From Octopus vulgaris (lineage: Eukaryota): 64,000 nucleotides of DNA. The position numbers were made by a program, and so were the translations under genes. The stretch is from NCBI GenBank assembly GCA_951406725.2, contig OX597816.1:92814001-92878000 (forward strand), read 5' to 3'. The notes under the pieces are model-generated. The model ran no database searches. It saw only the letters and a list, made by a program, of their open reading frames with translations, and was not told the origin of the DNA. The number at the start of each line of letters is the position of its first letter. Within the stretch, counting starts at the first letter, position 1. This document shows, piece by piece, positions 50,917 to 64,000 of the stretch.

Positions 50917-51275
50917 TATTTTCAATTTTTATTTTCTCTTTGGATTTTTCTTTTACCTCATCATCATCATCATCATCATCGTCAAATTTTCACTAGCTTC
51001 CTCATTTTCACACCAGTCTGGTTATGAAAATATTCATTCTATTAATTTTAAATCCCTAACTAAAATATCTTAAATTGAAATTCCCTTTACTGTATTTAGC
51101 ATATCAAGTTTGAAAGTATTTTTAATTTGTTTCCCCTTTTGATTTTCACCTCAACATCAATTTATTTTTTATCTGTCTCCTCATCTTAACACTACTAATC
51201 TGATTTATGAAAATATTTGTTCTATTAATTTTAAATTCCAAACTAAATAATTTTTACTGAAATTTCCATTAAGAT
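50917..51275. repeat. Diverged tandem duplication (about 185-200-bp period)
   Basis: TTATGAAAATATT...TTCTATTAATTTTAAAT..AACTAAA...TGAAATT occurs at about 51022 and 51205. Confidence 0.7.
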
Positions 51276-51642
51276 TGAGATGTTCAAAATAATAAAAAAG
51301 AAATTTGGAGGAAAAGCATATCTAGATGGTTTGATATCATGTCAATGACATATCTTCTTTAAAACCTACATTGTACTATAATCTGAAATATGCTGAAAGA
51401 AGTAAATAAAATATCTTGATGCCTGTGGTTTATAAGATTTCTGTAAGACACGGAAGCAACATAGTTTAGCTATGCTGATTATGATGGTGAAATATTTACA
51501 ATATGCAGCTCCTGTTTGGTTCAGTTAATTATTTTCCTAGATAAAGTGATTACTGTAAGTACAGTTTAAGAAATAAAATCTTACTTTAGAATAAGTTTTC
51601 TCAGAATTCATTTATTCATTTTATACTTAATTTATTCTGTTA

Positions 51643-52036
51643 CTCTTTTACTTGTTTCAGTCATGTCATTCTGGCCATGCTGGAGCACCGCCTTTAGTCG
51701 AGCAAATTGATCCCAGGTCTTATTCTTTGTAAGCCTAGTACTTATTCTATCAGTCTCTTTTGCCAAACAGCTAAGTTACGGGTATGTAAACACACCAGGA
51801 TCGGTTGTCAAGCGATGTTGGTGGGGACAAACACAGACACACAAACATATACACACACACATACATATATATACGACGGGCTTCTTTCAGTTTCCATCTA
51901 CCAAATCCACTCACAAGGCTTTGGTTGGCCCAAGGCTATTGTAAAAGACACTTGCCAAAGGTGCCACGTAGTGGGACTGAACCTGGAATCATGTGGCTCG
52001 TAAGCAAGCTACTTACCACACACCCACTCCTATGCC
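51643..52036 (-). mobile_element. Full-length SINE family A
   Basis: Colinear with 1261-1663. Confidence 0.9.
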
Positions 52037-52169
52037 TATTGTAAACTTTATTTTTAAATTTAAATTTCATCTTACTAGATGTTAAATTGATAAAAACCTC
52101 ACTTATTAAAAAATACAAAATTTAATATCCTAGTGCATGAACCAAAACTAATCTATTCCATGGCAATAT

Positions 52170-52490
52170 TAACCCTAGCACTCCATCGGTTATGACAACG
52201 AGTGTGCCAGTTGATCCATTCAATGGAACAGCCTGCTCATGAAATTAACATGCATGTAACTGAGCACTCCACAGGCATACGAACCCTTAATGTAGTTCTC
52301 AGGGAGATCCAGCATGATACAGTGTGACAAGGCTTGCCCTTTGAAATACAGGTTCTTTCCATTTTCGACAGCTGAGTGGACTGGAGTAATGTGAAATAAA
52401 GTATTTTGCTTAAGGATACAATGCACTGTCAGGAATCAAACCTACAGCCAAACAATGATGCGTTGAATATCCTAACTACTAAGCCACATA
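52170..52490 (-). mobile_element. SINE sharing the family D central domain
   Basis: CTGAGCACTCCACAG...CCCTTAA.GTAGTTCTCAGGGAGAT...GTGTGACAAGGCT...TTGAAATACAGG matches 31927-32021. A tRNA-like head lies at 52420-52488. Confidence 0.8.
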
Positions 52491-52493
52491 ATA

Positions 52494-53126
52494 TCTATAT
52501 ATATAGAGCTGACGTTGTCTGTGTGTGTGTGTGTGGCAGGTTTGGTAGCCTTCAACTAACACTATCTCCTCTGAGATCCTGCAGCGCAAGTTGACCAAAA
52601 TTGAGAGTATGATAGAAGAAGGTTTGCTCTTCATTCCGTAGCAGAAAACATTCAAATCGGACCGTGTTAAGACCAAAAATTATTTACATAAAAAGGTGCT
52701 TTTTTTTATGAAAATCCCTATTTTTTACAATTTTTTGACTGCTGTGTCGTTATTTTTTGGTGTATTTCAACCAGAAAAAGTGTGATTTGGGGATTTTCGT
52801 GTACTTTTTCTTAATGAATACTGTTGCAGTGTTAACTTCTTAACAGATTTTCAGTGCAGTTCGAAACTTGAGCTTCATTTTGCTTTAAATCTATGGGTAA
52901 TTTTTTTCTCCATAATGTTACTAGAAGGAATATTAACCAACAGTACCAACAATTGAAGTCGGCATTACACATTTGCCGCACATTCAGAGCAAACTTGAGC
53001 ATCGTCACACTATACTTTTATTCATAGACTGAAACTATGTCAAAACTTTGTTAATGCAACATCAAAGTCTGCTGTTTTAAGCACAACTAAAAAACAAACC
53101 CGATCAACGCCGGGCTATACTGCTAG
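52494..53126 (+). mobile_element. Non-autonomous Helitron
   Basis: 5' end A|TCTATATATATAG, 3' hairpin CCCG-ATCAACGC-CGGG (53099-53114), then CTAG|T (53123-53127). Insertion is between A and T with no TSD. Length is 633 bp. Confidence 0.8.
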
Positions 53127-53149
53127 TAGAAGATAAAGGAAAACGTGAA

Positions 53150-53415
53150 AGCAAGTGACTTAGTGGCCAGGTCAGTATTCAGCTCACAATTGCAAGGTCA
53201 TGAGTGTCCTTGAGCAAGACACTTTATTTCTTGTTGCTGCAGTTAGCTTGTAAAAATGAGTTGTACCTGTAGTTCAAAGGGACCAGTTTTTGTCATATCT
53301 GGTGTGTCATGCTGAATCTCCCTGAGATCTACATTAACAGTACATGTGTCTGTAGACTGCATGTACCATTAATGTACCACTAATGTCACTTGCACATTAA
53401 TTTCACAAGCAGGCC
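53150..53415 (+). mobile_element. SINE sharing the family D central domain
   Basis: Degenerate head GTGACTTAGTGG..., then GTGTCCTTGAGCAAGACACTTTA and GTGTCATGCTGAATCTCCCTGAGA. Confidence 0.7.
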
Positions 53416-53424
53416 TTATACTTT

Positions 53425-53640
53425 AAGGTGGCAAGCTGGCAGAACCTTCAGCACACTGGGCAAAACGTTTATCAGCATTTTGTTTGTCATTATGCTCTGA
53501 GTTCAAATTCTGCTGAGGTTAACTTTGCCTTTCATACTTTTGCACTCAATAAAATAAATACCAGCTGAACACTGGAGTTAATGTAATCAACTTATCCAAC
53601 ACCCTAAAATTTTGGCCTCTGTGATAAAATTTGAAACCAA
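53425..53640 (+). mobile_element. SINE family B
   Basis: AAGGTGGCAAGCTGGCAGAA...GAGTTCAAATTCTGCTGAGG...TTTGAAACCA. Confidence 0.8.
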
Positions 53641-54525
53641 CATGGAAAATAAAGGCATGTACACATGGTCGTTTTTATCCTCAAACCTCAGCAGAATTCA
53701 ACTAATGTGTAAGTTATTTTTAATTTTCTATTTTTCCTTGTTTTAGCCACTAGACTTTGATCATGAAGGAGCACTGTCTTGAAGAATTTTAGTTGAAAAA
53801 AACCAACCCCAGTATTTTTTTTAGCCAAGTTCTAATTCTATCAGTCACTTTTGCCAAATTACTAAGTTATGGGGACATAAACACAGTTGTCAAGTTAGTG
53901 TTAGCTAATTTAATACATTAAGAAGCTAATAAGAAATTAAAAAAATCTGCAGTTAAAATGAATTCATAGCAGTCAATAACAAATAGTATTTCCATATTTC
54001 TATCAAGTATGGTATATAACTCTGTCATGTTGCAATCATATACTGTAGCCTTTTCTGCAATTGCCAAAGTAGCAATTAAAGAATCGGTATGCAAATGTAC
54101 TAAGTTACGCATTGATAAGAGCAAGAAAATTAGTAATTCACATGTGTTATTTGCAAGGAAAATACTCAACTTTTTAATGCAAGGGAAATTGAGAAAGCTA
54201 ATTAGAAATAATTATGAGGTGACAAAATGAAATATTATAAAGTGGCTTGTTGATACATGTTTGCAAAGAGACAATTGAAAATACTAAAAGAAAAAATTTA
54301 AGAATAAAATACCATTGTATTAGAATCCTTATAATTTAGAAACAAAAGTTTTTTTTTAAGTGTTTTAAGCTAATAGAGAATAAAAAAGATATTAAGTGGC
54401 TAAGAAAATTTCACATTTTAATTGATACTAAGACTCCTAAATCTGTTGTTCCTAAAACTTACATCATAAACACTGGACTCTCACAAGATGCAGTGGAAGG
54501 GCATCAAGAAAACATCAAAATTTAT

Positions 54526-54730
54526 CATCATCATCATCATTATCAACATCGTCCTTTAACGTCTGTTTTTCCTGCTGGCATGGGCTGGAAAGTTTGACCA
54601 GAGCTAGCAAGCAGGAGAGCTGCACCAGGTTCCAGTCTAATTTGGCTTAGTTTCTATGGCTGGGTGCCCTTCCTAACACCAACCCCTTTACAGTGTGTAG
54701 TGGTTGGTTGCTTTTAATGTGACACTGGCA
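54526..54730 (-). mobile_element. SINE family C 3' part
   Basis: (CAT)n, then TTTAACGTC...CTGGCATGGG...TGCCCTTCCTAACACCAACC. Confidence 0.75.
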
Positions 54731-57103
54731 TGTATACATAAAAATATTAAAAAAAAACAAAGATGAAATGAATATATGATTATCTCAAATATTTCCAAAC
54801 ATAAAAGAATGGTTACAAAAACAAAAAGAAATCAAACTTCAAGCTCTCTCTCTCTTTTTTTTTTTTTTTCTTGTCATTCAAAACTGTTTCACAGAAGTGA
54901 AAACTTGATAATTTTCTGTTGTTTAAATTCTTCATATTTAAAGATTCAAGTATATAATATCAGTTTTTGATATGCTTTATAAATTTTGGGTGTATAGCAA
55001 AATATAATTTGTTTAAAGTGCAGTACAAGTAAAGAAAAATATTATTGGGAACCACTGCATCAGATTTATGAGTGTATAGTAAAGTTTGCTTTCATGTTCA
55101 CAGATTCATTTAATAAACACTTCAAACTCTGATAAATAACCTTGTACCCAGGAAAATGAAATCCTTATTATGCTGAATTTAAATGTAGCCTTTTCTGTTT
55201 GAAATAGCAATTTCATTTTATTCCCTATATAATTCAATATATACACTAGTCAGCTGGGTTCTACAAGCAATAATAACACCATGTCTAGTTGAAAACTCTT
55301 TTAGAAAACACTTTTAGTTACCAATTACCAATAATAAACTAGATTCAGGGAATGGTTGAAATAAATTGGAAAAAAAAGTTTGTTTAAAAAGTCTTGTAAA
55401 TAGAATGAGGCAGCTTAACAAGGTATAGCTTTTCAGAAAACTTCCTTCCATTAAATTGACATTCTAGTCTGACATGGATTAAGGAAGTGATCACTGGGAT
55501 GATAGAATAGAGAAAAAAAAAATAAAGTTGGTCTGTCATGTGTTATAATGGAGTTGGGCATGAAAGAATTTGTTGCAGAGATGATTACCTGAAAGTGACT
55601 TTACTTATCTGGAATCTGTCCAGTTCTATCAATGGAAGTGCTGACAAAATACTGGTCTTGACATGTTATTTAAAATAGCAGTTCTTCAGTGATCTCAAGG
55701 TCGTTGCTAATCAAATAAATGAAAGTGTCTTTCCCCTTTTCTTGTTTTCAAGTCAACCAACTCTCTAGGTGCATTCTTTATCATACAGTGTTTGAGGAAA
55801 AAAAAAATTAAAATAACAGTATTTTGATAGTGAGCAGAAAGCCCAACATTCTCGAAAAATCAATTAGAAGTAAATAAAACTATTATAACTAACCATAAAT
55901 ATCTCTTTTATGTCTTTATGCCAAGTTTTCCATTTTTCTCCTGCAACACACTGACCCTGATAATCAATTACTCCCATTTGAGACTCCATCTTTTCAAATA
56001 TTACCTTCCCTAAAAGAATACATTATATATACTTGTACACACCCACGTACATACAAACATATAGGCATATGTGTACACACACACATATCAACATGTGTAT
56101 GCATATATGTATGTGTGTGTCTGTATGCAATAAGATAGAATAAATAAGTTATACACTTCAGTCTCAAAAGACTTACACTTTAGATTATAGAGCTGGGTAT
56201 GAAAATAAGTTACATAAATGAAATTAATAGGCATAGCCTTGTGGTAAAAATTTTGCTTTATAAACATGTTTTTCTGGATTTGAGCTCACTATGTGGCACG
56301 TTTGACAAATGCCTTCCACTGAAGACTAGGGTTTTCTTTTGAGAAAAAATGTAGTAGATATAAACAGTGCAGGAAGTACTCCTGTATATAGCTTCATCAT
56401 TTTCCTCATTGTTGTTGTTGTCATTGTTTTATATGTTTTCCTTGCTGGATGACCTAATAGGACATGATAAATTGGAGGATGATGTCTTGCTCTAATGTTT
56501 TAGTTTTTACATGATTTCTGGGGTTGGGTATCTTTCCTAACATCAACTACTTTACAGAAGATACTGGGTGCATATCTTCATGACACCAGCATTATAGAGT
56601 CTGTCTTGTTCTCAACACGATGAAACATGTTTCTTTAGCCCTGCTTTTCTACAGCTTGATTTAATTTACTAATTGCTTACACAGAATATACTGGGAGATA
56701 TTTGTGACACTAGCACTAGTGTGATAACTTTGTAGCTCACAGAGGAGAAAAGAGAGGCCCTGTGAGTGAAAGAGTATAAGTTAAAATATTATTAAAGAAA
56801 CAGATTTATCATTGTTGGAAGATGGTAGAGGAAAGAGTAACATAGGTAACAGTTTTGGTAGTTGTGGGAATGGATAAGACAGGTATAGTAAAAATGCAAG
56901 AGTAATGTCAGAGTTTAGTGGGAAAGGGAGGAGGTGGACAAAGTGATAAGGATAGTAGGTGGGATGTGTAGGGGGAAATCAGTGAGGGGTGTGGGTTTGC
57001 TGTAATAGCAAAAATATGAATTTCTTCCATCTTCTTACTCTGTTAAAATATTTAAGAAAAATTATATTAATGTGTCCTACTTGTTAAAAAAACTCTATAT
57101 TTT

Positions 57104-57191
57104 GTGCAGCTGAAGATAGTACTGCATTTAAATTGATGTAATGATTGCATTGTTCAATTAAATGGAGCCACTTGAAACAGTCGTACTGCAT
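57104..57191 (+). ncRNA. Second hammerhead ribozyme candidate of the same repeat family (57056-57230)
   Basis: Stem I GUGCAG/CUGCAU, CUGAAGA (57110-16), long stem II, GAAA (57174-77), stem III ACAGUCGU, and a GUA triplet ending at 57185. The flanks are homologous to 46456-46627. Confidence 0.7.
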
Positions 57192-57244
57192 TACTACTTG
57201 ATATCCTGTCACTTATTTTGATTTTATACATATGCATATATATT

Positions 57245-57246
<2 letters not shown>

Positions 57247-57295
<49 letters not shown>
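57247..57295. repeat. (GA)n microsatellite
   Basis: Seen directly in the sequence. Confidence 0.95.
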
Positions 57296-57298
<3 letters not shown>

Positions 57299-57796
57299 GT
57301 CATTTTCATTTTATGTCCACTTTCCATGCCTGCATGGGTTGGACATGACAGTTCAAGTCAGTTCTTTGTAAAGTAACACAAATTTATTGTTGAGAGAGGA
57401 CAGTGGAGGATAAACTAAAAGAAGCAATATTAAGAAAGGAAAGAAAAAAACAGTGTCAAGAGGTTAGCAAAAGAAAGTAAGAGGGACATAGGGATGGAAG
57501 GGCAGGTTGAGTAAGAGATGCAGTGCTATCCCACATTATATATGATTCAGTAGAAGAGTTAGAGTGCATGTAGAAGAGATGAGGTGATAATGATGAGAAC
57601 TCAGTGTATCTTCAAAGTAGCACATTAAAAAGGGTGTGGTAAGGGAGAGTGAGCAAAAGTTGCTAGAGTTCAATCGCTCCTCATTCAAGCAATATGATTC
57701 AGAAAGATAGCAAAAGGAGAGATTACTGAATATGGACAGTGGAAGCAGGAGATTTATACAGAATGAATAATTACCTTTTAATATGATAAACAGTGA

Positions 57797-58010
57797 AAGG
57801 CAGCAAGCTGGCAGAATGGTTAGTAGGCCAGGTCAAATGCTTAGCGGCATTTCGTCCATCTTCACATTCTGAATTCAAATTCCAGCATGGTCAACTTTGC
57901 TTTCATCCTTTTGGGGTCAATAAAATAAGTACCATATGAGTACTGAGATTGATGCAACCGACTTACCTCCTCCCCCAAATTGCTGGCCTTGTGCCAAATT
58001 TGAAATCAGT
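57797..58010 (+). mobile_element. SINE family B
   Basis: AAGGCAGCAAGCTGGCAGAA...AAATGCTTAGCGGCATTTCGTC...GGGGTCAATAAAATAAGTACCA. Confidence 0.8.
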
Positions 58011-58214
58011 ATGAGAAACATAGTGCAGTGAGTGAGAAAACAGATGATAGATGGGAGGGAAATGTGAAGGCACAGAACAGGTGTAGTGGGTGGGAGGAAA
58101 AGTGGCGGGGAGATGTGAGGGTATAGAGTAGGCAATTGGTAATGGGGCAAGTGTACTAAAGCACTACTTTACTGAATATTTTGTCAAACTGGCACAAAAG
58201 TCAGGTATTTTACA

Positions 58215-60405
58215 ACACTAAATATGACCTTCTGAGATTTCCTTGTCATCTCCTTTGTCAGATTCAATATCTTGAGATCATTTTGCACCACTTCTCCCAC
58301 TTCCTTAGTACCATTCATTCTGCATATTCACCACTTGCTCATGTCATTGTCATCCTTCATCCACATCATGTGCCTATACCATCACAGTCTTCTCTCTACA
58401 GCTGATTCCTCTTATACCCAGTTTGTATTCATACTTTGTCATTCATGCATACTAATGTAGTACAATTCAGCTAAGCATGTTCATCTCTTCCCTTTGTAGG
58501 CCAACCACATTCGGGATTCATCTCTTACTTCACACAAAGGCATCATATGATCTGCTCTTGATGTTGAGGAAAAAACCTTTTATTTCCAGTAGTGTTAACG
58601 ACTCCCTGAAATTCCTACATTTTTATTCTGATTACCACACTTTCAGAACATCTTCCCTCACTGCTAATTTCACCATCTAGGGAACAAAATTATCAGCTAT
58701 GAAGCTTTCCAGGCATTTGAAAGAATCTGTTATCTGAGCATTCATCCTGAAGGTTGCCTTTGTACTGTTGTTGCATGTGAAACCTACCTTTATTGGTAGC
58801 TTGCCTGCAATCCCGCTACATCTCATGCATGCCCATTGTTAGCACACCTATGGAATTTCTACTGACTATTTTTCTGCCAACATAGCACTGCAATTTTCTT
58901 GCTGCTATAAGGGTTTGGTTTCCTTTTTATATACTAAAACCATTGTTTTTGCTAAGTTTGCTTTAAAGCCCATCAATTCCAGGTTTTAGTTTCCAGTCTG
59001 AAATTTTTGTTTAAATTTTTCTATAGATTTTGTCATAAGGACTAAATCATCATAGGAGTTCTGAAGTATAACCAGTATTAAACACCTCTGTTATGGCTTG
59101 GAGAATTATAATAAACAAGAAAGTGTTGAAGACTGAGCTCTGATGAAACCCTACAGGCACACTGAAATCATCACTAAACTCATTGCTGATTCTCACATTG
59201 CTGACTGAACCTCTTCACATGATTTATTTGCCCTTCACAAGCTTTTCATCTGCTTTTAGTTTCCTCAGTGACTGTCAGATCACAAAGCAAAGAATTCTGT
59301 CAAAGGCCTTCTCCAGTGAACACTGAATATGGAGGCTTACTCCTAGCTATGTACTTCTTTTTGAGTTGTCTCCCAAGATATATAATATCAGTGGTACCTT
59401 TCTCTAAGCTGTAAAACATCTAGGCAATCTGGTTTCTGATTACTTTTGCAACAATACTTATTCTAACCTTCATAATCTGGACCAACAGTGTGATACCCTT
59501 GTAGCTTCCTCTCCCCAATCCATCTCCCTTGTCTCTGCTGTAGGCATATGATACTATAATGCTAATTTTTGTGTATGGCACCTTCCTCTCTTGTCTTATT
59601 TACTATTTGAGTGACTATCTTGTATCCTACTTTACAAAATATTTTAAGCAACTCAGTGACTATCTCTGATAACTCAGCAGCTTTTTCTACCTTCTTAACC
59701 CAAATCATTCTATCTACCATACTGCCGTCAACTTGGATGGAAAGTCCCATTGGTGGATCTCAATGGGTTAGACACTTCCTCCTTCATGTATCTTCCACTT
59801 CTGGCAGCCTCTCACTATTAAACTTCCATATCTCTTACTCATTTTGTATGAATTTCTTCCCCACCCAAAATCTCTATTTTTCTCTAGTTCATTGTCTAGC
59901 ACTACAGAACATTTCTTATCCTCACAATGCAAAACGTGCAAACTTCTACTTCTCTGCTCCTTTCTTGCCTTGCTTTGTAAACCTGATGTTTAGCTTCTTT
60001 TCTAGTTATTTGAGATTCTTCTCTACTACCCAATCTCTACTATCCCTTTTCTACACTTGATTCTGTTGTTATGACACTGTCTTTAATTGTTCCACTGCTA
60101 CATCACATTGTATTTGTCTGGGACCTTGCACCAAACATAGGTTTGGTCTGTAACCTCCAGCAGATCATCCCATAAAAACTATCACTTTTGCTCTCCCCCC
60201 CCCTTTCTACTGTTATAAGTGTCAGTTGAGACCTTTTTTTTTTCTCTATGACTAAGAGAGGGTGAAGTAAGATTTTTTTAAACTCCTAGATCTTCCTTCT
60301 TCAAAATGCCTTTGTTTCTGAGTCAGAGTAGCCCTTATTTTGAAGTCACCAACTACTAATTTATGTTGGGAGGTACCTTCTTCGTTAGGGAATGACTTGA
60401 CCTTT
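58215..60405 (-). mobile_element. Heavily decayed RTE-clade LINE (endonuclease end, RT and C-terminus)
   Basis: Minus-strand relics read VKSFPNEEGTSQHKLVVGDFKIR (APE endonuclease end), KAAELSEIVTELLK, GSYKGITLL, LEKAFDR and GFKANLAKT. Confidence 0.75.
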
Positions 60406-61814
60406 GTGTTGAGTGCATGTGTGCTTGTGTGTGTATGCTTGTGTTTCAGTGTGTGAAACATGCATATGTTGAGCATGTGTGTGCTTGAGTGTGTGTGTGT
60501 GTATGTGTACATGTGTGCACATGTGTGTGTGCATGCATATATGTGTGTGTGTGTGCAAGCATGCTTGTGTGTTTGTGTGTATCTTGTATAAGTGTGTTTA
60601 TGTGCATGGTCTGTGTTTGTATACATTAGTAATTAAGAAACAGTAGAGATTGTGTGCCCTTATATAAAAAGTTAAATTAATCATTCAATAAACAAAGAAT
60701 GATAAAAATTAGTAACAGACTGAAATAAATATTGGGACTGATATGGTTGACAAAACCCTTGATGATGTTGCCTCACTATGGCCGTAATAAATGTCTGAAA
60801 CTAGTAAAAGAGAAAAACAGTATACAGGTACCATGAAAAAAACTCCCCCTAACTATTCCATGTAGAATTTTCTAATGTATTTCCCTTATAATTATTGAAT
60901 TTAAATTCTTCTCTGACTTTTCAGTGTTTTGACTAATTAATTTACATTTTTTATCAATCAGTTATGGTGCGAAAATCAAATACCATAATTTGCTTTCAAG
61001 TTCATCTAAAAACAAGTTCCAGGTCATTGCTATGCCAGAAATATTGCATACAATCATAAAAACAAAGAGTGGATATGTTTCTCTTTTCTCTCACTGGTTG
61101 ATGCTTATAAAATCTGATAACACTTTACAAACAAGATTGGTTCTTTGTATATATTTATAATAAACAAAATATAAGAGATAATCATATCACTAATGCAAAT
61201 AATACTGATGCAATTATATTACACAAAATCAATGCAAAAGTAATATTATGCCAGACACATTATGAACAAGGGATCAAAAAAATATCTATATAGCAATAAG
61301 TGGTTCTTGTTTTTTGACCAAAGTAGTTGAGGTAGTACAGAAAGTCTTAGCAGATCTTGCCTAATTTGCAATATTTATACGATAGATGTTCAGCTTTTTA
61401 AGGTCAATACCTGTAATGAAATCATGAGTACATGAGCAGAGATAGGGCTCCAGAAGGAAACATCTCTGAGGAGGAAAGAGGGGTTAAAGTGTTCAGTATG
61501 AGATTGAAAGAAATGACACAAAGTGACAATGACAGGGGGACAAGAGCTAAACCTCTTGTTGGTTCAGATGAACAAGAACTGTTGCAGTGGTAATAAAAGA
61601 AACAAGAAAGGCCGCAGCCAATCAGTGGCTTGCTGGTTGTAATACATCTGATTTGAAAATTTGCCAGCCAGATGGATTTTGTATTTGGATGAGATCTAGA
61701 ATGCTTGGGTGTAGTAGCTGTTCTATCTTAGTCAGGGTATCACAAAGCTAATTAGGAAGAGAATAAGCATAGAGGGAATGCAGTTTACGTTTATGAGAAT
61801 AGGGGTATTATCTG

Positions 61815-63122
61815 TACCTTCTCCTTAGTTAGACAACTATAGAGGCTTTTAGTTGAGAGAATAGAACTACATGCATTTGTTGATTTGAAGAAAGCTTTTG
61901 ACAAAATTCCACAAACTGCAATCCTGAAGACACTAAGAAAACTGTGTGTAGATGAATGGCTAATGAGAATAATGAATGCCACATACAGGGGTGGTGTCCA
62001 CAAAGCAAAATTTATCAATGAGTTCAAGCAAAGAATTTAGTGTTCAATTAAGTGTCCATCAGGGCTTGGCTCTCAGCCATCCAATTCATTATAATTCTCC
62101 TAGCCACAACAGACAAATTTCATGTCTAGGTATCTTTGATAATTCCTGTAAGCCACTATCCTAGTTTTATCAACTAAATCAGTTAAAAAGTAAAAGGAAA
62201 TGTTCCAGATATGAAAGGGGAGAACCAGGAAGTCTAAACGTAAAATGAGCAAAAATAAAACTTAGCTGAGAAAAAAAAATGCAAAACACCTGCTAATACC
62301 TGGGAAAATAGCTGTGCTTGATATGTAGAAAAGATATTGGCAGTGATTTTATACTGTGTGCCCTGATTAAACTATAAATGCCTAAGAGATTCAGTGGAGC
62401 CTCAGATAGGTTGAAAGAGAATGATTTTATATGTAATAGGTACAGAGGTGTAGTTAGCAATTTGAGCAACCTTGAAATTAATTCTTTCAAATACCCAGGA
62501 TATTCCCTAAAAGTAGATATGGCTTCTGTTAACTGGGTGACTTATTCAACTATGAAGGTGATGTTCTAAACATGTAGCTAAAGAAAGGACAGAGTGGAAA
62601 AAGTTGAGTCGCTTGTTGCCTCTGCTTCCAATGAATGTATTTTTCTCTGAGTGAAAGGCAAATTGTATGATACTTGAGCACAAAATATTATTTAGTATGG
62701 TAGCACAACATGGCTAATTAATGGGGAGGATGTGCGAAGGCAGCAAATAAATGAAGCAAGCATGCTCCTCTGGATGTATAATGTTAGTGCATGAATGGTG
62801 GAGCACAAGTGAGCAAAAGGAAATACTAAGACTAGGTATAAGAGAAATCAGATGTAGTGTGCAAGAAAGGAGACTGTACTGGTTCGGCCAAGGAATGGAA
62901 AGGAAGGGTGACAGTTAGGTAAAGGAGTCCCAAATGGAATGAACCTGCAAAAGATGAAGACCAAGGAAGATATGAAAGACATAGTGAAAACTGATCTTCA
63001 AATGTTGAACCTCATTAAGAGGACACTGATTGATTACAATAAGCAGTGAAACACTGTGTTGGAAAATACCCATGCAACTCATACAAAAATGGTAAAACAG
63101 ATGAAAAATATTGATGATGATG
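61815..63122 (+). mobile_element. Decayed RTE-clade LINE (RT to 3' end)
   Basis: Reads AFVDLKKAFDKIP, EFSVQLSVHQGLALS, RCSVQERRLYWFGQ and RPRK, and ends in (GAT)n at about 63113. Confidence 0.85.
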
Positions 63123-63344
63123 TATTTTCTAGTGTTAGAGAGATAGGCTAGTCATTGGGAGGTAATTTTGGTTATGTTATAGCTGTATTGTCACTGTATA
63201 AGGTTATCAGATGTTGTGTAAATGCAGTGATTCAATCATTTTTATTTCACAGCACACTGGAAATCAAACAAAATTACTGTCACACGTGGCATGGATGATT
63301 AAAATTTATATTGCTACACTTTGCATGAGAAATTAAAAATTATA

Positions 63345-63551
63345 CAAGGAGGTGCTGAAAAGTTCCTGGCTTTAAGGATATTGTGAAAGGCCTGGTTGGG
63401 GGCCTGACCTTCTGAGTTCTTTTACAGAGTTTAGAAAAACTGAAGGACCACCATAATGAGTGTGTAAGCCTAGAGGGGAACAAAATCATAATTAACTGGT
63501 CTACCTCTGTTTTCTTATATGCAAAGCTAGGAACTTTTTAGCACCACCTTG
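63345..63551 (+). mobile_element. Mariner-derived MITE inserted in an about 32-bp minisatellite
   Basis: TA|CAAGGAGGTGCTGAAAAGTTCCTGGCTTT ... AAAGCTAGGAACTTTTTAGCACCACCTTG|TA, 207 bp. The interior resembles a mariner C-terminus (LEKLKDHHNECVSLEGE). The flanks repeat CTACACTTTGCATG..AAA.T.AAAATTATAC. Confidence 0.85.
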
Positions 63552-64000
63552 TACTTCCACACTGCATGCAAAGTTAAAATTATACTTCTACACTTTTCAT
63601 GGAAAGTTGAAAGTTACTGACATATTTTACATGTAAATTTACAAATAAACTGTGTTTTGAAGTTAAAAATACAAAAAATAAATTAGTTTACCTTGTTTGA
63701 TTAATTACAGTTGTGTATAACAAAACATAACTTGTTTTGAAGATACTCAGCTATTTGTATCAATTTTCATGTCTTAAATGATATTCTTGAAAATCTACTG
63801 CACACCTAAATTCCTTTTGAATATTACCATTGCACAACTATGCATCATTGCATAGCAGTGTACCATCACACTGAATTGAACCAATGTAGTCAGGCACATC
63901 ATTTGAAAACCTCTATAGTGTCTCTTGACAGTATCTTAGCACTGATGGAAAAAATGAGACTGTCACTCTCCCTTAACAAATGTTTGTAAGTTCTCTATTC

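Overview
This is AT-rich, repeat-dominated animal genomic DNA with no prokaryotic gene organisation. It is most likely a coleoid cephalopod such as Octopus, judged from my recollection of these SINE families and not from a search. I cannot support any intact host protein-coding gene. The window contains tRNA-headed SINEs of at least four families, decayed LINEs (RTE, Tx1/L1-like and RLE/R4-like), a decayed Ty3/Gypsy gag-pol, a full-length but dead DD34D mariner, mariner- and piggyBac-type MITEs, a non-autonomous Helitron and many microsatellites. The most interesting signal is a set of short non-coding elements, mostly beside (TA)n-type microsatellites, that fold as minimal type I hammerhead ribozymes with a (near-)palindromic stem III. 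They lie at 46503-46590, 57104-57191 and 49319-49356, with a triple copy inside an inverted repeat at 24748-24945. A very young interleaved inverted repeat (A-B-A'-B', 47766-48669) is inserted in the microsatellite of a SINE. Together these look like non-autonomous Penelope-like or retrozyme-type elements. A candidate HSE/E-box/TATA promoter lies near 6.03-6.11 kb, close to an apparent switch from CpG-retaining to CpG-depleted DNA.
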